Origin: Promethearchaeota archaeon
GTDB taxonomy: Archaea > Asgardarchaeota > Lokiarchaeia > Sigyniarchaeales > SOKP01
Assembly: GCA_011364925.1 (NCBI GenBank)
Contig: RDOA01000049.1
Location: 1-26,866, forward strand
DNA: 26,866 nucleotides
Direction of reading: 5' to 3'
The notes below the pieces were generated by a model that made no database searches, was not told the DNA's origin, and was given only the letters and a program-made list of their open reading frames with translations. Numbering within the stretch: position 1 is the stretch's first letter; every line of letters starts with the position of its first letter. Below, in pieces: positions 26,865 to 26,866 of this stretch. The position numbers and the translations under genes were made by a program.

Positions 26865-26866
26865 CG

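Noticed and set aside
1-26866. CRISPR arrays, tRNA/rRNA genes and IS elements
   Set aside because: All intergenic gaps are under about 170 bp and AT-rich, with no regularly spaced repeats, GC-rich stems or transposase motifs.

Overview
AT-rich, gene-dense window with about 24 protein-coding genes. I found no rRNA, tRNA, CRISPR array or mobile element. Gene content (HEAT+LRR protein, Bat-type HTH_10 regulator, stand-alone GH20 domain-2 protein, GGTGA-type ribosome-binding sites) suggests an archaeon, most likely Asgard/Lokiarchaeia (inference). The left part (137-13187) holds carbohydrate and housekeeping genes: a minus-strand run of SIS protein, MFS, NDP-sugar pyrophosphorylase, HEAT/LRR protein and a small ORF, then glucan phosphorylase, Dus, MtnA, an FAD-linked oxidase and DUF1848. 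The notable part is 13243-24232: a 987-aa glycyl radical enzyme with an apparent N-terminal SCP2 lipid-binding domain and an unfamiliar active-site fingerprint, its ferredoxin-type activase and a second radical SAM enzyme. These are flanked by a CrtI/RetSat-like flavoprotein coupled to an FAD/2Fe-2S reductase, a CrtC/AttH-like lipocalin-fold protein, an extended SDR and an HTH_10 regulator. Together they look like an uncharacterised anaerobic radical system acting on a lipophilic substrate (isoprenoid, ether lipid, sterol or fatty acid); that function is inference. The window ends with a CDF transporter carrying three C-terminal domains and an Ldh_2 dehydrogenase. All family calls come from motif recognition by eye, not database searches.
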